A model generated the notes under the pieces. It saw only the letters and a program-made list of their open reading frames with translations, was not told the DNA's origin and ran no database searches. A DNA stretch of 40,069 bases, taken from positions 1 to 40,069 of IMG/VR virus record IMGVR_UViG_3300033434_000373, one strand, 5' to 3'. The stretch is from a virus (taxonomy: Duplodnaviria; Caudoviricetes). Position numbers and translations under genes: made by a program. Positions 36,149 to 40,069 of the stretch are shown here, in pieces (position 1 is the stretch's first letter; every line of letters begins with the position of its first letter).

Positions 36149-37735
36149 ATGGCAGGAACAGTAATAACTACAAAAGGCTTGCAGCTAATTGCCAAGCTGG
36201 TGGCGTCTGGTACGGTACTGACTTTTACCAGGGCATCCGTAGGAACAGGGTCCATACCAGCAGGATATGATCCAAAAAATATGACAGATCTAAGTAGCTA
36301 TAAAATGGATGGATCAATTTCATCCTGCAGTTCTTCTACAGACGAAGCTTCTATTATTATGCAGATCAGCTCCGTGGGAGTTGAAACGGGATTTACTATT
36401 ACGGAAACAGGGCTCTTTGCTACGGATCCAGACGAAGGAGAGATCCTGTATGCGTACCTGGACTTAACAAAGGACCCACAATATGTATATGCTGAAGACA
36501 GCGCTATTTCTAAATTTGTTGAAATGACACTTATTGTAAAAGTAGGATCTGTGGAAACAGTAACTGCTTATCTTAATCCAAAAAGTCTGGTTACCAGAGA
36601 CGGGGATATCTCTGAAACCGTCATTGAAACTCTGGATACTGTAGAGGATAAGTATCCGGTACCGGCTGCGGGTGAGAGTGTTAAGAGGTTTTTCGGAAAA
36701 GTGCTGACGTTTATCAAGAGCATAAGACCTCTTACGGCAGATACCAATATCTATGTGTCTAATACCGGATCAGATACAACTGGTGACGGTACGATTACAA
36801 GACCATTTAGGAATATACAATATGCAATAGATATATTACCAAAAGATTTAGGATCAAACACCGCTACGATAACCGTTGCTGGTGGCACATATAATGAAGA
36901 TTTAGATATACTTAATTTCGGTAATAATGGAACATTAATGTTGTTATTGAGTGGCAATGTGACTGTTGGGCATGTCACGATATCTGGATCGTTCATAATA
37001 ATTAATTCCACTGGTGGGGTGAAGGAACTGTCAGTAAGTTCCCTAACCGTAACTAACAATAGTAATTTAAATGCTTGGGGCGAAATCAACATAACAACTA
37101 CAAGTAGTAAATCGGTTACAACACTTGGTGTTAATTATTCGATGATTATTGCACGAAGCAGTAGTGCATATATGTCCGGTGTTACTACAATAACAGGCAA
37201 CAGTAATATGGGGGTGCGAATACACACCTTATCAAGAGTATATATCTTTTCACTGGCTGGTAGTGGGCTTACCACTGGTGTCGCTGTTGAAACAGGGTCA
37301 ATGTTCACATATTATTCTGCCAGCATATCTGCAACCAAGAAATTTTTTCAAGACAGTGGTGGTATAATAATAAATTCAAATGGAACACAGATATCCGGTT
37401 TAATTACTTCTGGATTATCATGTACCTGGGGTACCATTTCTGGTGGATACCGAAGAATTGGAAATATGTCTGGATATGCTCAGATTGTAGTATCTATTAG
37501 AGTCGTATTAACACAAGACCTAACAGCAGGAACAGTCTATACTTTACGTGGATTACCTGCTCCAGTTGATACACCATATATTGCTATGGCGGTAGATGAT
37601 GTGTATAGGACAAGATCATGCTATTTAAATATTAATAGCGGTGATCCAGTGTTGTATTTTATACCAGCAATAAACCTACCGGGTAATTCAGGCTGGTCAA
37701 TGAATTTCACTACCACGTATATAACAAACTCATAA
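36149..37735 (+). CDS. Tail fibre/receptor-binding protein
   Basis: N-terminal ITTKG...GF.ITE.GLFA.DPDEGEILYAY collar domain; IYVS.TGSD.TGDGT...PF..IQ.AID beta-helix start; AT-rich C-terminus. Confidence 0.85.
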   Translation: MAGTVITTKGLQLIAKLVASGTVLTFTRASVGTGSIPAGYDPKNMTDLSSYKMDGSISSCSSSTDEASIIMQISSVGVETGFTITETGLFATDPDEGEILYAYLDLTKDPQYVYAEDSAISKFVEMTLIVKVGSVETVTAYLNPKSLVTRDGDISETVIETLDTVEDKYPVPAAGESVKRFFGKVLTFIKSIRPLTADTNIYVSNTGSDTTGDGTITRPFRNIQYAIDILPKDLGSNTATITVAGGTYNEDLDILNFGNNGTLMLLLSGNVTVGHVTISGSFIIINSTGGVKELSVSSLTVTNNSNLNAWGEINITTTSSKSVTTLGVNYSMIIARSSSAYMSGVTTITGNSNMGVRIHTLSRVYIFSLAGSGLTTGVAVETGSMFTYYSASISATKKFFQDSGGIIINSNGTQISGLITSGLSCTWGTISGGYRRIGNMSGYAQIVVSIRVVLTQDLTAGTVYTLRGLPAPVDTPYIAMAVDDVYRTRSCYLNINSGDPVLYFIPAINLPGNSGWSMNFTTTYITNS

Positions 37736-37747
37736 GGAGGTCTTAAT

Positions 37748-38203
37748 ATGAATAACGAAACAATCAAAGTGGGTGAGGTAACCTACAACATTGCAAATGG
37801 TAGTTGTAGTCTCCATCTGTCTGACGGTGGAGTGGCAACGGTAGCCATTATTATCGAATCAAATATAATCAATGATATACATAAAAATCTTACTGCCAAC
37901 AGTACCATCACAAAGTACACAGCTGACGGAGTAGAAGAGTGGCAGCGTAAAGATCTGATCTATACCGGGAGAGTGGAATTGAAAAATGATTTTCCTGTAC
38001 GGATTGAGCAGAAGCAGGCCGGGACTGATGATGAGGGAAATCCAATATTCAGCAACGTGGAAGCTCTGGAAGACGTGGTGATCGTTGAGTACCGGACACC
38101 AAACATTCAGGATAAGATACAGTCACAGGCAGAGGAGATCAATGGCTTAACTGCAAAGGTAGCCTATCTGCAGATGATTAATAACGTAACGGCGGAGGTG
38201 TGA
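37748..38203 (+). CDS. Hypothetical protein (tail fibre associated)
   Basis: SD AAGGAGG; between fibre and XkdX; C-terminal coiled coil. Confidence 0.7.
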   Translation: MNNETIKVGEVTYNIANGSCSLHLSDGGVATVAIIIESNIINDIHKNLTANSTITKYTADGVEEWQRKDLIYTGRVELKNDFPVRIEQKQAGTDDEGNPIFSNVEALEDVVIVEYRTPNIQDKIQSQAEEINGLTAKVAYLQMINNVTAEV

Positions 38204-38205
38204 TC

Positions 38206-38346
38206 ATGAGTAAAAACTTTGAAAAGGTAAAGCGATTTTATGATGCTAAATTATGGCCCTTAAGCTGGGTGGTTAATGCAGTAGATAAATGGATCACTGC
38301 AGCTGAGTACCAGGAGATTACAGGAAAAGAATATGAGAAAGAGTGA
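38206..38346 (+). CDS. XkdX-family small protein, 46 aa (not in ORF track)
   Basis: MSKNFEKVKRFYDAKLW...V.NAV.KWITAAEYQEITGKEY; SD GGAGGTG. Confidence 0.88.
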   Translation: MSKNFEKVKRFYDAKLWPLSWVVNAVDKWITAAEYQEITGKEYEKE

Positions 38347-38351
38347 GGATA

Positions 38352-38786
38352 ATGGAAATGGATAGAATTACAGAACTGCTTGCCCTGGCATGGGGAAGCT
38401 CGATTATTAAACTGGTTATTTTGGCAGTAGTCATGGATACTTGCTTCGGCTGCATCAGAGCGATTAAGGAGCATGAATTTAACAGTTGTTTCGGCATTGA
38501 TGGTGCGATCCGGAAAATCTCCATGGTAGCGTCCCTGGCGTTCCTACTAATACTTGATCGGATTGTACACCTTAATCTGATCGGCTTCATTCCGGAAGTA
38601 GTCCGATCTTATCTGCCGGTTAATGCCATCGGAGTGGCGGAGTTCTTCGGACTACTGTACATAGCTTATGAGCTGGTGAGTATTCTTAAAAATATGACTC
38701 TGTGCGGGCTTCCGGTGAAACGGTTGTGGGAGACAGTGAAGAAGTTTCTTACACAGTACACGGACGAGCTGCCGGATAACACTTAA
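38352..38786 (+). CDS. Phage holin (toxin secretion/phage lysis family)
   Basis: D...G..RA....FNS..G..G..RK, E..SILKN....GLP; TM segments; precedes the endolysin. Confidence 0.88.
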   Translation: MEMDRITELLALAWGSSIIKLVILAVVMDTCFGCIRAIKEHEFNSCFGIDGAIRKISMVASLAFLLILDRIVHLNLIGFIPEVVRSYLPVNAIGVAEFFGLLYIAYELVSILKNMTLCGLPVKRLWETVKKFLTQYTDELPDNT

Positions 38787-38856
38787 GCTGTTGCGCCCGT
38801 CGCAACGGTTGTGACATTGCAACTTTATGGGCCTAGGATAATTCTGGGCCCTTTTT
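38787..38856 (+). terminator. Two hairpins between holin and endolysin; the second is terminator-like
   Basis: GCTGTTGCG-CCCGT-CGCAACGGT, then GGGCCTAGGA-TAA-TTCTGGGCCC-TTTTT. Confidence 0.6.
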
Positions 38857-38873
38857 CGATTGGAGGAAAAAAT

Positions 38874-39716
38874 ATGCAGATTAATAAATTACTTACACCA
38901 TTTAACCATAATGAGGGCACTGTAGATCGTATCAAGTATATCGTTATCCATTATGTTGGAGCGACTGGCGGAGCTGAGGCTAACTGTAAATGGTATGCCG
39001 GTGCCGATCGGAGCGCCAGTGCACATTATTATGTTGATTTTGATGGATCAGTGTGGCAGTCTGTTGAGGTTAAAAACATCGCCTGGCACTGTGGTGCGAA
39101 AAAGTATGTACATCCTGAATGCAGGAATGCGAACAGCATTGGTATTGAAATGTGTGTCCGGAATAAAGGCAACAAAGCAGACACCAGCCGGGACTGGTAT
39201 TTCGAAGATGCAACAGTGCTGGCAGCCATTGAATTAACCAAGGAGCTCATGGCGAAGTATAACGTACCTGCAGATCATGTGATCCGGCACTATGACGTGA
39301 CCGGGAAGATCTGCCCGAATCCTTTTGTCTACAATCATACGCAGCATACCTGGGAGGCGTTCAAGGCGGCATTGATGGGAATAGGGGTTAAGAAATCATC
39401 CGGCTGGATACAGGTCGCAGATGGCTGGATGTACTACAATGGTAATACCGGTCTACCGGTCCGTAATGACTGGGTAAAGGATCAGGACAAGTGGTATTGG
39501 TTCAATGCTGCAGGTATTATGGTCACCAATACCTGGTATCAGTATAACAGTGCATGGTATTATTTGGGACCGGACGGGGCTATGTGCAAATCACAGCTGA
39601 TTGAGGTTTCTGGGAAGATCTATGCCGTGGGCGTTGATGGAAAGATGATAACCGAGCCAGTGACGCTGACGCCGGACCAGGATGGTGTACTGCAGTATCA
39701 AGGTTTAACCTCATAA
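38874..39716 (+). CDS. Endolysin: Amidase_2 N-acetylmuramoyl-L-alanine amidase with cell-wall-binding (choline-binding-type) repeats
   Basis: YIVIHY, SAHY, AWHCG, NSIGIEMC, RHYDVTGKICP; C-terminal WYWFN..G.M and WYYLG..GAM repeats. Confidence 0.93.
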   Translation: MQINKLLTPFNHNEGTVDRIKYIVIHYVGATGGAEANCKWYAGADRSASAHYYVDFDGSVWQSVEVKNIAWHCGAKKYVHPECRNANSIGIEMCVRNKGNKADTSRDWYFEDATVLAAIELTKELMAKYNVPADHVIRHYDVTGKICPNPFVYNHTQHTWEAFKAALMGIGVKKSSGWIQVADGWMYYNGNTGLPVRNDWVKDQDKWYWFNAAGIMVTNTWYQYNSAWYYLGPDGAMCKSQLIEVSGKIYAVGVDGKMITEPVTLTPDQDGVLQYQGLTS

Positions 39717-39799
39717 AACACGTGCTTTTTAAATTTATTAATGTTAATATTTTATAGAAAGCTTTAAATAGATTTTAAGCTTATGAGGAGTGAATACAT

Positions 39800-40069
39800 A
39801 TGGTATCTAAGGGGCCTAGTGAATCAAATCAATTTTGGATTATAGTTATCGTGGTTGTTTTACTTATTCTATTTAAAGTGTGTCCTACTCAAAGTAAGCC
39901 TAGTAAATACTATTTAGAACATAAAAAAGAGATTGATAATTACATGGAATCTCATGCTAACGATTGGGACGGTTTTCACGGAACCAGGAGAAACTCATGG
40001 GCAGAAGACGAAGAATTAAAGCACTTCGGGATTGATCCTGAGGAATATAGAAAAGAACACGGATATTAA
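39800..40069 (+). CDS. Small membrane-anchored accessory protein
   Basis: SD GAGGAG; N-terminal TM FWIIVIVVVLLILF; AT-rich; after the lysis module. Confidence 0.7.
   Translation: MVSKGPSESNQFWIIVIVVVLLILFKVCPTQSKPSKYYLEHKKEIDNYMESHANDWDGFHGTRRNSWAEDEELKHFGIDPEEYRKEHGY

Larger units (their letters stand above)
100..40069. mobile_element. Temperate prophage with contractile tail; right end extends beyond the window
   Basis: Canonical order of integrase, repressor, replication, packaging, head, sheath/baseplate tail and lysis genes, with intact ORFs. Confidence 0.97.

Noticed and set aside
36149-38203. Diversity-generating retroelement or invertible fibre cassette
   Set aside because: No reverse transcriptase, no invertase, and no TR/VR-like or inverted duplicate segment seen.
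38352-38360. Holin dual start Met-Glu-Met (lambda S105/S107-like)
   Set aside because: The intervening residue is acidic rather than Lys/Arg and only one SD is evident; too weak to call.
731-39250. Numerous antisense or alternate-frame ORFs in the six-frame track (e.g. 955..1563, 15802..16308, 22717..23223)
   Set aside because: They are shadows of well-supported genes, with no SD or recognisable motifs.
39781-39802. TTATGAG...ATACATATG resembles the left junction (78-100) and could be attR
   Set aside because: The continuation reads Y-G-I-stop, not GPPMAVAP. The match is explained by the SD and ATG of the last ORF, and serine integrases do not need long core repeats.
1-40069. tRNA, rRNA, IS elements, introns or inteins
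   Set aside because: None recognised by eye. PolA, helicases and TerL have normal lengths, apart from a short non-intein insertion in the TerL nuclease domain.

Overview
The window is almost an entire temperate prophage of a Firmicute host, probably Lachnospiraceae or Clostridia judging by gene content and SD/promoter style. It encodes a contractile (myovirus-type) tail. The left end (1-~100) is a host GH18 spore-cortex hydrolase gene (yaaH/sleL-like), cut inside its conserved LMTYEWGYTY|GPP motif, so attL lies near nt 100. The modules that follow are: a large serine integrase; a lysogeny switch (non-cleavable XRE repressor, divergent promoters and operators, and an unannotated LexA-box-controlled 36-aa ORF); small early genes; an APSE/SPO2-like replication module (DUF2800, DUF2815 SSB, PolA, VirE primase-helicase, TGTAAAC iteron origin, VRR-NUC, SNF2); a RinA-like late activator; an accessory island (adenine MTase, TIR protein, GNAT); terminase; a portal-gp7 fusion; an NDT-like moron; HK97 protease and capsid; neck, sheath, tube, chaperones, tape measure, baseplate and fibre; XkdX; holin; amidase endolysin; and a terminal moron. 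attR is not visible and should lie beyond 40069. All family calls come from motif recognition by eye, without database searches.
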